This document shows, piece after piece, positions 1 through 12,768 of a DNA stretch of 64,000 nucleotides. Where the stretch lies: contig CAMAXP010000008.1 of assembly GCA_945862265.1 (NCBI GenBank), forward strand, positions 543-64,542, in the 5' to 3' direction. The DNA comes from Bordetella parapertussis (lineage in GTDB: Bacteria > Pseudomonadota > Gammaproteobacteria > Burkholderiales > SG8-39). A program made the position numbers and the translations under genes. Below the pieces are notes generated by a model that made no database searches, was not told where the DNA came from, and saw nothing but the letters and a program-made list of their open reading frames with translations. Numbering within the stretch: the stretch's first letter is position 1; each line of letters starts with the position of its first letter.

Positions 1-763
1 CAGCCGCGAGGAAAGCGCTGAGCTTGTCTGCGAGTACGGCCTCGGCCGGCGGACCGTCGTAGCGCGGGAAGCCCGCCAGGACGGTCTGTGCCGGCCAGTC
101 GGGCTGTGGTTCGGCCACGAGACGCGGAAAGAGGGCCAGGTTGAGGCGTGGCGAAAACTGTCCCTGAAAGAGCGCCCGCTGCCGGGCGAGAGGCAAGCCC
201 AGATCGGCGCGCAAGGCATCGAGCGGCCTTTCCCAGCCGTGGGCGACCCACTCAGCCGCGCCGCGAAGGATCTGATAGGCGCCCGGGCCGAGTTTGCGGA
301 CCGTGTGCGCCCAACCAGCCGAGGTGATCAGCGGCCGGTCGAGTGCCGACATCAGGCTGGCCGGCGCCAGGATCGAAGAGGCCCAAGGGAGCCCCAGTTT
401 TGCCGCGACGAGAGGGCCTGCAAGGGTCAGGGGATGAGTGACCAGCAGGTCGGCGCCAGCGCAGGCCGCTTCGATGTCTGCGTACTGTTCGCGAATGTGC
501 GGCATCACCATCTCGCGGATGAGGTAACGCGGCCCGCTGTAGGGGTGGAAGAGCCTGGCGGCAACGGCCTCGAGTCCGCCGAACTGGCTTTCGTCGGGGC
601 GGAGCTTGGCGTACTCGATGCCCTCGGATTCCACGAGGCGGCGGTAGCGGTCCGTGGTCGCAAGGACCGGAAGATGGCCGCGCGCCAGCAGCGCTTTGGA
701 TACCGCGATGTACGGGTGCACGTCGCCGAGCGATCCGACGGTGGAGAATACGATGCGCTTCAT
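1..763 (-). CDS. GT1/MGT-family (GT-B) glycosyltransferase, N-terminal part; 3' end runs off the window
   Basis: Absent from the ORF track because it is open at the window edge. Reverse complement from the ATG at 763-761 reads MKRIVFSTVGSLGDVHPYIAVSKALLARGH..., the N-terminal signature of UDP-glycosyltransferase/MGT enzymes. I checked that the frame stays open to position 1. Confidence 0.65.
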   Translation of the reverse strand, partial: MKRIVFSTVGSLGDVHPYIAVSKALLARGHLPVLATTDRYRRLVESEGIEYAKLRPDESQFGGLEAVAARLFHPYSGPRYLIREMVMPHIREQYADIEAACAGADLLVTHPLTLAGPLVAAKLGLPWASSILAPASLMSALDRPLITSAGWAHTVRKLGPGAYQILRGAAEWVAHGWERPLDALRADLGLPLARQRALFQGQFSPRLNLALFPRLVAEPQPDWPAQTVLAGFPRYDGPPAEAVLADKLSAFLAA

Positions 764-828
764 CCGGGCCAGTGTAGCCGCGCTGCAGCGACCACGCGAT
801 AATGTGAGACTGACCCGGGAGAAGCTCG

Positions 829-2289
829 ATGCCGAACGAACATTACGACCTCATCATCCGCAACGCCGTCATTATCGACGGCACGCGCGCACCGCGATAC
901 GAAGGGGAGATCGGCGTGCGCGCCGGGAGGATTGCCCGGGTCGGGAGGCTGGAGGGCGCGAAGGCGGACCGCGAGATCGATGCGGGCGGGAAGATCGCTG
1001 CGCCCGGGTTCATCGACGCGCACACCCATGACGACCGGTTGCTGCTGTCCTCGCCGGACATGTCGGCCAAGGTCAGCCAGGGCGTGACGACCGTCGTCAC
1101 CGGAAACTGCGGCGTGAGCCTGGCGCCCATGGTTCACCGCTCGGGGCCGGTCACGCCACCGCTCGATTTGCTCGACGCGGCCGGCACGTGGTTTCGGTTT
1201 CCGACCTTTGCCGCCTACTTCGAGGAACTGGCGTCGAACCCCGCTGCCACCAACTTCGCGCCGATGGTCGGGCACACCACGCTTCGGGTGATGAGCATGG
1301 ACGACGTCGGGCGTCCTGCGAACGCGCAGGAGATCGGGCGTATGCAGTCCCTCGCGCGCGAGGCGCTGGCGTCTGGCGCCATCGGCGTATCCACCGGGAC
1401 GTTCTACGAGCCCTCCGTGGCGGCGCCAACTGCAGAGATCGTCGAGGTCTGCCGCCCGCTGGGTGAGTTCAACGGCTTGTATGTCACGCACATGCGCAAC
1501 GAGGCCGAAAAGGTCATCGATGCCCTGGATGAGACCTTCCAGATCGGCCGGGAACTCGGCGTACGGGTCGTGATTTCCCACCACAAGGTGGCGGGACTGC
1601 CCAACCATGGCCGCTCAGTCGAAACGCTGGCGCATATTTCCAAGCACATGGCCACGCAGTCGATCGGCATGGACTGCTACCCGTATTGCGCGTCCTCGAC
1701 GATCCTCACCTGGAGCCGCGTCGGCACGGCATCCAAGGTCCTCGTCACGTGGTCCACGCCGCACCCTGAATTCAGTGGCATGGAGCTGTCCGCTGTGGCG
1801 GAAAAACTCGGCCTGTCGCAGGCGGCGGCGGTAGCGAAGCTGCTTCCCGCCGGGGCGATCTACTTTGCGATGGATGAGGGCGACGTGCAGCGCATCCTAA
1901 AATTTGAGCACACGATGGTCGGGTCGGACGGGCTGCCGCACGATGCCGCCCCTCACCCCCGCCTGTGGGGAACTTTCCCGCGCGTGCTCGGCCATTACAG
2001 CCGGGACCTCGGGCTGTTCCCGCTCGAGACCGCGGTCCACAAAATGACCGGGCTGACTGCGGCCACTTTCGGCCTCGCGGACCGCGGGGTGATTCGCGAG
2101 GGCGCCTGGGCTGACATCACGTTGTTCGACGCGGAGATGGTGGCCGAGGGGGCGACCTTTGCCAGGCCGATCCAGGCCGCCAAGGGCATCGATACGGTGA
2201 TCGTCAATGGCGAGGCGGTGTGGCGTGACGGCGGACCGACCGGCGCCCGCCCCGGACGTCACTTGCGCCGGACGGCTACTCCAGCCTGA
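829..2289 (+). CDS. D-aminoacylase (N-acyl-D-amino-acid deacylase) family amidohydrolase
   Basis: 486-aa ORF. N-terminus YDLIIRNAVIIDGT...GFIDAHTHDD...VTTVVTGNCGVS is typical of D-aminoacylases. Confidence 0.85.
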   Translation: MPNEHYDLIIRNAVIIDGTRAPRYEGEIGVRAGRIARVGRLEGAKADREIDAGGKIAAPGFIDAHTHDDRLLLSSPDMSAKVSQGVTTVVTGNCGVSLAPMVHRSGPVTPPLDLLDAAGTWFRFPTFAAYFEELASNPAATNFAPMVGHTTLRVMSMDDVGRPANAQEIGRMQSLAREALASGAIGVSTGTFYEPSVAAPTAEIVEVCRPLGEFNGLYVTHMRNEAEKVIDALDETFQIGRELGVRVVISHHKVAGLPNHGRSVETLAHISKHMATQSIGMDCYPYCASSTILTWSRVGTASKVLVTWSTPHPEFSGMELSAVAEKLGLSQAAAVAKLLPAGAIYFAMDEGDVQRILKFEHTMVGSDGLPHDAAPHPRLWGTFPRVLGHYSRDLGLFPLETAVHKMTGLTAATFGLADRGVIREGAWADITLFDAEMVAEGATFARPIQAAKGIDTVIVNGEAVWRDGGPTGARPGRHLRRTATPA

Positions 2290-2740
2290 TATTGGCGTCC
2301 TTCACCACGCGGGCCGCCAGCGCGCGTGCGAGTGCCGAATGCGTCTTCGCGATGACGTCTGCAGGTGTGCCGGCAGGCGCGAACACGGCGTTCCATTCGT
2401 AAACCTCGTAGCCCGGCACGCCGGCCTCGGCAATCGTCGGCAGGTCCGGTGCGCTGGGGGAGCGCTTCGATCCGGTCACAGCAAGCGCCCGCACTTTTCC
2501 TGTTTTGACATGTTTCAAGACCAGCACATTGGGAAACACCACGAGCAGCGAGACCGGCGCGAAGCCCTTGACCGGCTCATAGGAAAGCTTTGGGTAGAGG
2601 CTCGGGTTCACCGCCCACGACGAGGCGTCGAGCATCAGCGTGTAGCCGTCGGGAGCGGACTTCGCGACCAGGTCGGCGCCGATGGTGCCGCCGCCGCCGG
2701 GCGCGTAAGTCACGATCATGCGGATCGGCTTGGCGGGCCA
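2276..2740 (-). pseudogene. Bug/TctC-family periplasmic binding protein remnant (no signal peptide, internally shortened)
   Basis: The last 154 aa of minus ORF 2276..3415 read WPAKPIRMIVTYAPGGGG...PDGYTLML...GKVRALAVTGSKRS...AGVPGYEVYEWNAVFAPAGTP. These are Bug-family motifs but about half the normal length. The sequence upstream in the same ORF is not Bug-like and has no signal peptide. Confidence 0.55.
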
Positions 2741-2749
2741 TTGCGCGGC

Positions 2750-3223
2750 ACCGTGGTCGCGGATCCCTCGCTCACCGCACAGCAGGTCGCGCAATGGGCG
2801 GCCCGCGGCGTGCGCGGAATCCGGCTCAATGTGCTGCACCGCGAGGACATGCCCGATTTTTCGGCGCTGGCCGCTTGCCCGGCGCCCCTGGTGTTCGATC
2901 ATTTTGGTTGTCCGGATCCGAAACAAGGCGCCGCCTGCCCGAATGTGGAGTCGCTGCTTCGCCTTTTCGAGCGCCGGGTGGTGTACGTGAAGCTGTCCGC
3001 GCCGTATCGCCTGGGCAGGGGTGATGCACTGCAGTATGCGCAATTCTGGCTTGCTCGACTGGGTGCCGGACGCCTGCTGTGGGGCAGCGATTGGCCGTGG
3101 ACGAATCATGAGCGTGCAACCAGCTATGCGGACTGCGTTGCGGCCCTGCATCGATGGGTGCCCGAATCCGCAGACCGCACGAAGATCCTGTGGGATACTC
3201 CAAACGGCTTGTTTCGCTTCTAA
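2750..3223 (+). pseudogene. Amidohydrolase_2 (LigI/2-pyrone-4,6-dicarboxylate hydrolase-like) C-terminal fragment
   Basis: Only the last 157 aa of ORF 2207..3223 look like the family (VRGIRLNV...LVFDHFG...LLWGSDWPW). The N-terminal HxH metal motif is absent. It is a paralogue of the gene at 49977..50855. Confidence 0.5.
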
Positions 3224-3235
3224 GGAGAACGGATC

Positions 3236-3670
3236 ATGCAAATCAAGGAAATCCTGCGGGTGAAGGGCACGCGTCTCCTGTCGATCGCCGTCGACGGGCG
3301 CGCGGCGGACGCGATAAAGATCATGGCCGAGGAGAATCTCGGCTCGCTGGTCGTGATGGAGGGTAGCCGGATGCTCGGCATGCTCACCTTCCACGAGATC
3401 CTGCAAGCGCTCCACAAAGGCAACGGCTCCCTAGGTGATGCCAGGGTCGGCGACATCATGGTGAAGGAACCGGTGACGGCCACGCCCGACATGGAAGTCA
3501 ACGACCTCCGGCGCACGATGCTCGAGAGCGGGGCACGCTACCTTCCCGTGCTGGAAGGCCGCGACCTCATCGGCGTGATTTCCTTTCGCGACGTGGCCAA
3601 GGCGGTGCTCGAGGAACAGGATTTCGAAAACCGCATGCTCAAGGGCTACATCAAGAATTGGCCTGCCTGA
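3236..3670 (+). CDS. CBS-domain pair protein
   Basis: 144-aa ORF with two CBS-like repeats (GSLVVMEGSRMLGMLTFHEIL and ARYLPVLEGRDLIGVISFRDV). AGGAGA lies upstream. Confidence 0.85.
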   Translation: MQIKEILRVKGTRLLSIAVDGRAADAIKIMAEENLGSLVVMEGSRMLGMLTFHEILQALHKGNGSLGDARVGDIMVKEPVTATPDMEVNDLRRTMLESGARYLPVLEGRDLIGVISFRDVAKAVLEEQDFENRMLKGYIKNWPA

Positions 3671-3686
3671 AGGCGCCGTCCCGTAG

Positions 3687-4958
3687 TTGAACCGGCGCGG
3701 CTTCTTCCTGTCGGGTGGCGCCGTGGCGGCTGGTGCGGCTGCGCTGGCCGCATGGCGCTTCTGGCCCGAGCAGGGATTGTGGAACCCATGCCTCGCACAC
3801 TTGCCGCGGCGGCTTGCGGACCATGAACTCGTCAAGGCGGCGTGGGAAGGCATCGATCCCTCGCGCGTGTGGGATTCGCACGCGCACCTCGTGGGCACCG
3901 GGGATTCGGCGAGCGGCATCCGGATCAACCCGCGCATGGAGAGCCTGCTCAACCCGGCCGAGTACGCGCGCCGGGTCTTCTTCCTCAATGCCGGATGCGC
4001 CCATCAGGCGCCCGGCGTAGACCAGGCCTACATCGAGCGCCTGGAAAACCTGATGGCGGGACTCGCCCCAGGCGCAAAGATCCTGCTGTTCGCGTTCGAG
4101 CGCACTTTCGACTCGCAGGGCGAGGTGCGGTGGGACCACACCGGGTTCTACGTGCCGGACGCGTATGTGCGCGATACGGCCGCGCGCTATCCGCGGATTT
4201 TCGAGTGGGTGGCCTCGGTGCATCCCTACCGGCGCGATTGCGTTGAAGCGCTGGAGGCCGCGAAGCGCGACGGCGCGCGCGGGGTCAAATGGCTTCCTTC
4301 GGCGATGGGGATCGATCCCGGCTCGCCCCTGTGCGACCGGTTCTATTCGGCGGCTGCGCGGCTCGACCTGCCGGTCATTTCGCACGCAGGACTCGAGCGC
4401 GCAGTAACAGGCTCCGACGTGCAGGACTACGGCAATCCGCTGAAACTGCGCCGTGCGCTGGACGCCAGCGTACGCGTTGTCGTTGCGCATTGCGCGTCGA
4501 TGGGGCAGGACCGCGACCTCGATCGCGGCGCAGACGGACCGCTCACGGACAGCTTCGAACTTTTCGCGCGGATGATGGGGGAGTCGCGTTATGTCGGCCG
4601 GCTCTTCGGCGACATTTCGGCGATGACGCAGACCAATCGCGCGGGGACTGCGCTTGCCCGGGTCATTCGCGCCGAAGAGTGGCAGGCGCGCCTGCTGAAC
4701 GGCTCGGACTATCCGCTGCCGGGCCTGATGCCGATCTTCTCGGTCGACTACCTGGTGTCGCTGGGATTGCTGGAGGCCTCGGCCGCATCCGTGCTGTCGG
4801 AGATCCGCCGCCACAACCCGCTGCTTTTCGATTTCGTCACGAAGCGGTCGCTGCGCGCCGGTGGCCGGGGCTTTGCCAAGGCGGTGTTCGAGACCCGCGG
4901 GTTCTTCGACAAGACAGCGCCCGCGACCGCATCTGCGACCGCATCCGCGAGCAGCTGA
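3687..4958 (+). CDS. Amidohydrolase-family metal-dependent hydrolase with twin-arginine signal
   Basis: TTG start. N-terminus (M)NRRGFFLSGGAVAAGAAALAA is Tat-like. WDSHAHLVG and later HAG/HCAS motifs fit TIM-barrel hydrolases. Confidence 0.7.
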   Translation: MNRRGFFLSGGAVAAGAAALAAWRFWPEQGLWNPCLAHLPRRLADHELVKAAWEGIDPSRVWDSHAHLVGTGDSASGIRINPRMESLLNPAEYARRVFFLNAGCAHQAPGVDQAYIERLENLMAGLAPGAKILLFAFERTFDSQGEVRWDHTGFYVPDAYVRDTAARYPRIFEWVASVHPYRRDCVEALEAAKRDGARGVKWLPSAMGIDPGSPLCDRFYSAAARLDLPVISHAGLERAVTGSDVQDYGNPLKLRRALDASVRVVVAHCASMGQDRDLDRGADGPLTDSFELFARMMGESRYVGRLFGDISAMTQTNRAGTALARVIRAEEWQARLLNGSDYPLPGLMPIFSVDYLVSLGLLEASAASVLSEIRRHNPLLFDFVTKRSLRAGGRGFAKAVFETRGFFDKTAPATASATASASS

Positions 4959-5042
4959 AGCGCGCGCTGCTGGAGCGTCTCACCCCTATGCTAAACTCGA
5001 CCGCGTTTTGCGCTAAGTCCTTAACATTTTGGAACTAATTCG

Positions 5043-6143
5043 ATGTCCGGCAACACATTCGGCACGCTTTTCTGCGTCACGTCCTTTGGCGAATCGCACG
5101 GCCCGGCGCTGGGTGGGGTGGTAGACGGCTGTCCGCCGGGTATGGAACTTTCCGCCGCGGACCTGCAGGCCGAACTGGATCGCAGGAAGCCTGGGACTTC
5201 GCGCCACGTCACGCAGCGGCGCGAGCCGGACACGGTCGAAATCCTGTCGGGGGTCTACGAAGGCAGGACGACCGGCACCTCGATCGGCTTCCTGATCCGC
5301 AACGAGGACCAGCGCTCCAAGGACTACTCGGCGATCGCGGAAAAATTCCGCCCCGGGCATGCCGACTACACCTACTGGATGAAATACGGCCTGCGCGACC
5401 CGCGCGGCGGCGGGCGCGCCTCCGCGCGCGAGACTGCAGTGCGTGTCGCGGCAGGGGCCATCGCCAAGAAATGGCTGAAGGAGCGCTACGGTGTCGTGGT
5501 TCGCGGCTACCTCGCGCAGATCGGGACCAAGCCGATCCCGTTCCAAAGCTGGGACGACGTCGGCACCAACCCTTTCTTTGCGGCGAACGCCGCTATCGTG
5601 CCGGAGCTCGACGCATTCATGGATGCGCTGCGCGAATCCGGCGACTCCTGCGGGGCGCGCGTAAACGTGGTGGCCGGGAATGTCCCGCTCGGGTGGGGCG
5701 AGCCGGTGTACGGCAGGCTCGACGCCGACATCGCCGCGGCGATGATGTCGATCAATGCAGTGAAGGGCGTCGAGATCGGCGCGGGCTTCTCCGCAATTGC
5801 CCAGAGGGGCAGCGAGCACGGCGACGAGATGACGCCGGACGGGTTCCTGTCCAACAACAACGGCGGCGTGCTCGGCGGGATTTCCACGGGGCAGGACGTG
5901 ACGGTTTCGATCGCGTTGAAACCGACCTCCAGCATCCGTATCCAGAGGCGCACCATCGATGCGAGCGGAGCGCCGGCGATGGTTGAGACCAAGGGGCGCC
6001 ACGATCCTTGCGTGGGGATCCGCGCCACGCCGATCGCCGAGGCGATGCTCGCATGCGTCCTGATGGACCAGGCGTTGCGTCACCGGGCGCAAAACGGCGA
6101 TGTAGTGCCGTCCACGCGCGCCATTCCCGGTAAGGTGCGCTGA
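5043..6143 (+). CDS. aroC: Chorismate synthase
   Basis: [33 protein letters not shown]...[10 protein letters not shown], a full-length AroC signature. Confidence 0.95.
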   Translation: MSGNTFGTLFCVTSFGESHGPALGGVVDGCPPGMELSAADLQAELDRRKPGTSRHVTQRREPDTVEILSGVYEGRTTGTSIGFLIRNEDQRSKDYSAIAEKFRPGHADYTYWMKYGLRDPRGGGRASARETAVRVAAGAIAKKWLKERYGVVVRGYLAQIGTKPIPFQSWDDVGTNPFFAANAAIVPELDAFMDALRESGDSCGARVNVVAGNVPLGWGEPVYGRLDADIAAAMMSINAVKGVEIGAGFSAIAQRGSEHGDEMTPDGFLSNNNGGVLGGISTGQDVTVSIALKPTSSIRIQRRTIDASGAPAMVETKGRHDPCVGIRATPIAEAMLACVLMDQALRHRAQNGDVVPSTRAIPGKVR

Positions 6144-6217
6144 GCGCCGATGCCTGTGGAAAACCCGACCGAAATCAATTACAGTTATAGTTCTATCTAC
6201 TCGCTTGAGGCACCGAC

Positions 6218-6460
6218 ATGAACACAAACAAAGGGCAGCTACTACAAGACCCGTTCCTGAACACGCTTCGCAAGGAGCATGTTCCGGTTTCGATCTACCT
6301 CGTCAACGGCATCAAGCTGCAGGGCCAGATCGAATCCTTCGACCAATATGTGGTGCTCCTGCGCAATTCGGTCACCCAGATGGTTTACAAGCACGCGATC
6401 TCCACCATCGTCCCTGCGCGTGCGATCACGCTGCCGACCGACGGCGCTCCCGAGGCCTGA
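6218..6460 (+). CDS. hfq: RNA chaperone Hfq
   Basis: [44 protein letters not shown] is a near-canonical Sm-like Hfq core. Confidence 0.97.
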   Translation: MNTNKGQLLQDPFLNTLRKEHVPVSIYLVNGIKLQGQIESFDQYVVLLRNSVTQMVYKHAISTIVPARAITLPTDGAPEA

Positions 6461-6499
6461 CCGCGGGGACACCGTCACGGTGTCGCTGACACCGTCCTG

Positions 6500-7681
6500 A
6501 TGTTCGACCGACCCGCCGCCGCATCCAGTCGTTCCCAGACCGCCGTCCTCGTTTGCCTGGATTTCGGCAAGGACCCCGGGTTTGCCGAGTCCGCTGAAGA
6601 AATCGTGCGCCTGGCGGAAAGCGCCGGCGTGATCACCCACCGCATGGTCCAAGGCCGGCGCCAGCATGCCGACGCTGCCTTGTTCGCGGGCTCCGGCAAG
6701 GTGGACGAAATTCACGGGGTGGTGGACGAACTGGGTGCCGGCAGCGTCATCTTCAACCACCACCTGTCGCCGGTGCAGGAGCGCAACCTGGAGAAGAAGC
6801 TGGGCTGCCGCGTGATGGACCGTACGCGCCTGATCCTCGAGATCTTCGCCCAGCGGGCCAAGACCCACGAGGGCAAGCTCCAGGTCGAGCTGGCCCAGAT
6901 GGAGTACCTCTCGACGCGCCTGATCCGCGGATGGACCCACCTCGAACGCCAGCGCGGCGGCATCGGCCTGCGCGGCGGTCCGGGCGAGACCCAGCTGGAG
7001 CTCGACCGCCGGTTGCTCTCGCAGAAGATCAAGACCCTCAAGGTCGATCTCGAGAAAATGCGCCAGCGGCGTGGCGTGCAGCGGCGCGCGCGCTCGAGGA
7101 AGGACGTGTTCTCGGTGTCCCTGGTCGGGTATACCAACGCGGGAAAATCCACCCTGTTCAATGCCCTCACGCGCGCCAAGGGCTTTGCGGCCGACCAGTT
7201 GTTCGCCACGCTGGACACCACTACGCGGCGCATCTTCCTGCCTGAGATGGGCCCGCGCGGTGGCCAGGTCGTGGTGTCTGACACGGTCGGCTTCATCCGC
7301 GACCTGCCGACCAGCCTGATCGCGGCTTTTCGCGCCACGCTGGAGGAAACCGTGCAGGCCGACCTGCTGCTGCACGTGGTCGACAGTGCCTCCGCCGTGC
7401 GGGACATGCAGATCGCCGAGGTGAACAAGGTGCTGGCCGAGATCGGCGCCGACAAGGTGCCCCAGGCCCTGGCCATGAACAAGATTGACCTCGCCAACGG
7501 CGGGGCAGGTATCCCGCCCGGCGTGGAGCGCGATGAATATGGTAAGATTTTCCGGATTCGCGTAAGTGCAGGCACAGGTGCCGGGTTGGACGGCCTGCGC
7601 AGCGCCATCGCCGAACTGGCCCCGGGCCACCTGCGCATGAGCGGGACCGCGGCCGATTCCATCCACCCTGAACTGGCCTAA
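6500..7681 (+). CDS. hflX: GTPase HflX
   Basis: Carries the HflX N-domain plus G-motifs (GYTNAGKST, DTVGF, NKID). Sits in the conserved hfq-hflX-hflK-hflC order. Confidence 0.93.
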   Translation: MFDRPAAASSRSQTAVLVCLDFGKDPGFAESAEEIVRLAESAGVITHRMVQGRRQHADAALFAGSGKVDEIHGVVDELGAGSVIFNHHLSPVQERNLEKKLGCRVMDRTRLILEIFAQRAKTHEGKLQVELAQMEYLSTRLIRGWTHLERQRGGIGLRGGPGETQLELDRRLLSQKIKTLKVDLEKMRQRRGVQRRARSRKDVFSVSLVGYTNAGKSTLFNALTRAKGFAADQLFATLDTTTRRIFLPEMGPRGGQVVVSDTVGFIRDLPTSLIAAFRATLEETVQADLLLHVVDSASAVRDMQIAEVNKVLAEIGADKVPQALAMNKIDLANGGAGIPPGVERDEYGKIFRIRVSAGTGAGLDGLRSAIAELAPGHLRMSGTAADSIHPELA

Positions 7682-7691
7682 ACATATCCGT

Positions 7692-8942
7692 ATGTCACTT
7701 AACGACCCAAACTGGGGACGCGGGGGATCTCGCGGCCCGCAAGGCCCTGGCGGCGGCAAGCAAGGACCACCCGACCTCGACGAACTCTGGCGCAGCTTCA
7801 ACCGTAAGCTGAACGACCTGTTCGGCAAACGCGGTGGCGGCAGCGAGCCGCCCTCTGAAGGACGGGGAGGCCCGAACCCGGCGCAGATCGGCGGCGGCGC
7901 GCTCATCCTCGCCGGCCTCGTGCTGGTGGTGTGGCTGGCGAGCGGCTTCTACATCGTGGTCGAGGGCACGCGCGGCGTGGTGCTCACGTTCGGCAAGTTC
8001 GCCGAGGAAACCCAGTCCGGCCTGCGCTGGCGCATGCCGTGGCCGATCCAGACCCATGAGATCGTCAACCTCTCGCAGGTGCGCACGCTGGAAATCGGCT
8101 ATCGAAACAGCGTGAAGACCAAGGTCCTCAAGGAGTCGCTGATGCTCACGGACGACGAGAACATCGTCGACCTGCAGTTCGCCGTGCAGTACACGGTCAA
8201 GGACGTGCGCGACTACGTCTTCAGCAACAAGCGTCCCGACGAAGCGGTCATGCAGGCGGCGGAAACCGCCGCGCGCGAAATCATCGGCAAGAGCCGCATG
8301 GACCAGATCCTTTACGAATCGCGCGAGGAGATTGCTATCAAGACCCGCCAGCTCATGCAGGTGGTCCTGGACCGCTACAAGACCGGCGTGTCGATCTCCA
8401 ACGTCACGATCCAGAACGCGCAGCCGCCGGAACAGGTGCAGGCTGCGTTCGACGACGCGGTCAAGGCTGGCCAGGATCGCGAGCGCCAGAAGAACGAGGG
8501 ACAGAGCTACGCCAACGACGTGATCCCCAAGGCGAGCGGCACCGCGGCGCGCCTGATGCAGGAGGCGGAAGGCTACAAGCAGCGCGTGATCGCCAACGCG
8601 GAAGGCGAGGCCTCGCGCTTCAAGCAGGTGCTGGCCGAGTACTCCAAGGCGCCTGCGGTCACGCGCGAGCGGATCTACCTGGACACCATGCAGCAGATCC
8701 TGTCGTCGACCTCCAAGGTCCTGTCGGACACCAAGGGCAGCAGCAACCTGCTGTACCTGCCGCTCGACAAGCTGCTCCAGAAGAGCGGCCAGGGCGCGGA
8801 GCCGGCGGCGAGCGCTGCCGTGCTGCCGGAAGGCGCCACGCCGATGAAACCGGGCGCCGTGCCCGAAGTGCAGTTGCCGACCGAGGGCGGCCCCCGGGCG
8901 CGCGACGGCGCTCTGCGCAACCGCGAGAGGGGTGAACGATGA
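7692..8942 (+). CDS. hflK: FtsH protease modulator HflK
   Basis: Gly-rich N-terminus, one TM segment and an SPFH/band-7 domain. Synteny supports the call. Confidence 0.92.
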   Translation: MSLNDPNWGRGGSRGPQGPGGGKQGPPDLDELWRSFNRKLNDLFGKRGGGSEPPSEGRGGPNPAQIGGGALILAGLVLVVWLASGFYIVVEGTRGVVLTFGKFAEETQSGLRWRMPWPIQTHEIVNLSQVRTLEIGYRNSVKTKVLKESLMLTDDENIVDLQFAVQYTVKDVRDYVFSNKRPDEAVMQAAETAAREIIGKSRMDQILYESREEIAIKTRQLMQVVLDRYKTGVSISNVTIQNAQPPEQVQAAFDDAVKAGQDRERQKNEGQSYANDVIPKASGTAARLMQEAEGYKQRVIANAEGEASRFKQVLAEYSKAPAVTRERIYLDTMQQILSSTSKVLSDTKGSSNLLYLPLDKLLQKSGQGAEPAASAAVLPEGATPMKPGAVPEVQLPTEGGPRARDGALRNRERGER

Positions 8943-9826
8943 CTCGCCTGATGGGACCGATTGCCGCCGCGCTGATGGCGCTGGTGCTGCTCGCCAGCGC
9001 ATCGCTGTACACCGTGGACCAGCGCCAGAACGCGATGGTCTTCCAGTTGGGCGAGGTGAAGGACGTAGTGACCGCGCCCGGCCTGCACTTCAAGTGGCCG
9101 CTGATCCAGAACATCCGCTACTTCGACACGCGCATCCTCACGCTGGACGACCCCGAGCCGCTGCGCTTCATCACCTCGGAGAAGAAGCCCGTGCTGGTGG
9201 ACTCCTTCGTCAAGTGGCGCATCATCGACGTGAAGCAGTTCTACATCAGCGTGCAGGGTGACGAGATCCGCGCGCAGAAGCGACTGCAGCAGACGATCTC
9301 CGACGGCCTGCAGGCCGAGTTCGGCAAGCGTACGGTGCATGATGTCGTCTCCGGCGAGCGCGAGCAGATCATGCAGGTGGTTCGCGAGAAAGCCGACCTC
9401 GACGCCCGCAAGATCGGCGTAGAGCTGATCGACGTCCGCCTGAAGCGCGTCGACCTGCCGCAGGAAGTCAGCGACTCGGTCTACCGCCGCATGGAAGCCG
9501 AGAGGAAGCGTGTCGCCAACGAACTGCGCTCCACGGGTTCGGCGGATGCCGAGCGCATCCGCGCCGACGCCGACAAGCAGCGCGAGGTGATCCTCGCCGA
9601 GGCCTACCGCGATGCACAGCGCATCAAGGGCGAGGGCGATGCCAAGGCCTCGGCCACGTACGCGCAGGCCTTCCAGCAGAATCCCGAGTTCTACTCTTTC
9701 TACCGCAGCATGGAAGCGTACCGTTCGAGCTTCCGCGGCAAGAGTGACGTGATGGTGATGGATCCGAGTTCGGACTTCTTCCGCTACTTCAAGGATTCGG
9801 CTGGCGGAAAGTCCGGCAAGAAGTAA
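8939..9826 (+). CDS. hflC: FtsH protease modulator HflC
   Basis: SPFH domain. The ATGA overlap with hflK indicates translational coupling. Confidence 0.92.
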   Translation: MTRLMGPIAAALMALVLLASASLYTVDQRQNAMVFQLGEVKDVVTAPGLHFKWPLIQNIRYFDTRILTLDDPEPLRFITSEKKPVLVDSFVKWRIIDVKQFYISVQGDEIRAQKRLQQTISDGLQAEFGKRTVHDVVSGEREQIMQVVREKADLDARKIGVELIDVRLKRVDLPQEVSDSVYRRMEAERKRVANELRSTGSADAERIRADADKQREVILAEAYRDAQRIKGEGDAKASATYAQAFQQNPEFYSFYRSMEAYRSSFRGKSDVMVMDPSSDFFRYFKDSAGGKSGKK

Positions 9827-9832
9827 TGGGGC

Positions 9833-10027
9833 ATGAGGGACATGGGCACCACTTTCCTGATGGCGTTCGCCCTCATGCTGGTCATCGAAGGTACGCTGCC
9901 CTTCCTTGCGCCCACCCTGTGGCGTGAGACCTTTCGCAGGATCACCGAAATGTCGGACGGGCAGATCCGCTTCTTCGGCCTGAGTTCGATGCTGGCAGGC
10001 CTCCTGCTCCTTTACTTCTTCAACTGA
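9833..10027 (+). CDS. Small membrane protein, DUF2065 family
   Basis: 64 aa with two hydrophobic segments. It occupies the conserved position between hflC and hisZ. Confidence 0.7.
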   Translation: MRDMGTTFLMAFALMLVIEGTLPFLAPTLWRETFRRITEMSDGQIRFFGLSSMLAGLLLLYFFN

Positions 10028-10034
10028 TCCCGCC

Positions 10035-12511
<2,477 letters not shown>

Positions 12512-12768
12512 GGGCCTGCATTTCAGCAGTCAGCGGCCCGTTTCCAGCCGCCAGGCAAGCGACTCGGGCAGGCCCGCCGCGCGGTCCTTCACGCACAGCG
12601 GCAATGGGGCGAGAAAGGCCTTGCCCCGGTCCGAGAGCGCGCCACGCGTGCGGAGGAGGGAAATCATAGCGGGTAAAATGCTTGTCTGTCTCGAGCTCGC
12701 CCGGGCGGCCCCGATCCTGCACCACCACTCTCATTTCCGGATTTGAAAATAACAATAGCGGAGTAGAC

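Noticed and set aside
1-763. The GT1/MGT glycosyltransferase at the window edge as a partner of the peptide/exporter::GT locus
   Set aside because: It lies 43 kb away on the opposite strand, separated by housekeeping and flagellar genes. There is no evidence of linkage beyond family resemblance.
2207-3415. ORFs 2207..3223 (+, 338 aa) and 2276..3415 (-, 379 aa) as intact genes
   Set aside because: Only the C-terminal ~155 aa of each resembles a protein family. The remainders are antisense translations of each other, so both are treated as fragments.
6468-6484. Small hairpin GACACCG-TCA-CGGTGTC between hfq and hflX as a terminator or attenuator
   Set aside because: The stem is only 7 bp with a 3-nt loop and no T-run, which is too weak to call from sequence alone.
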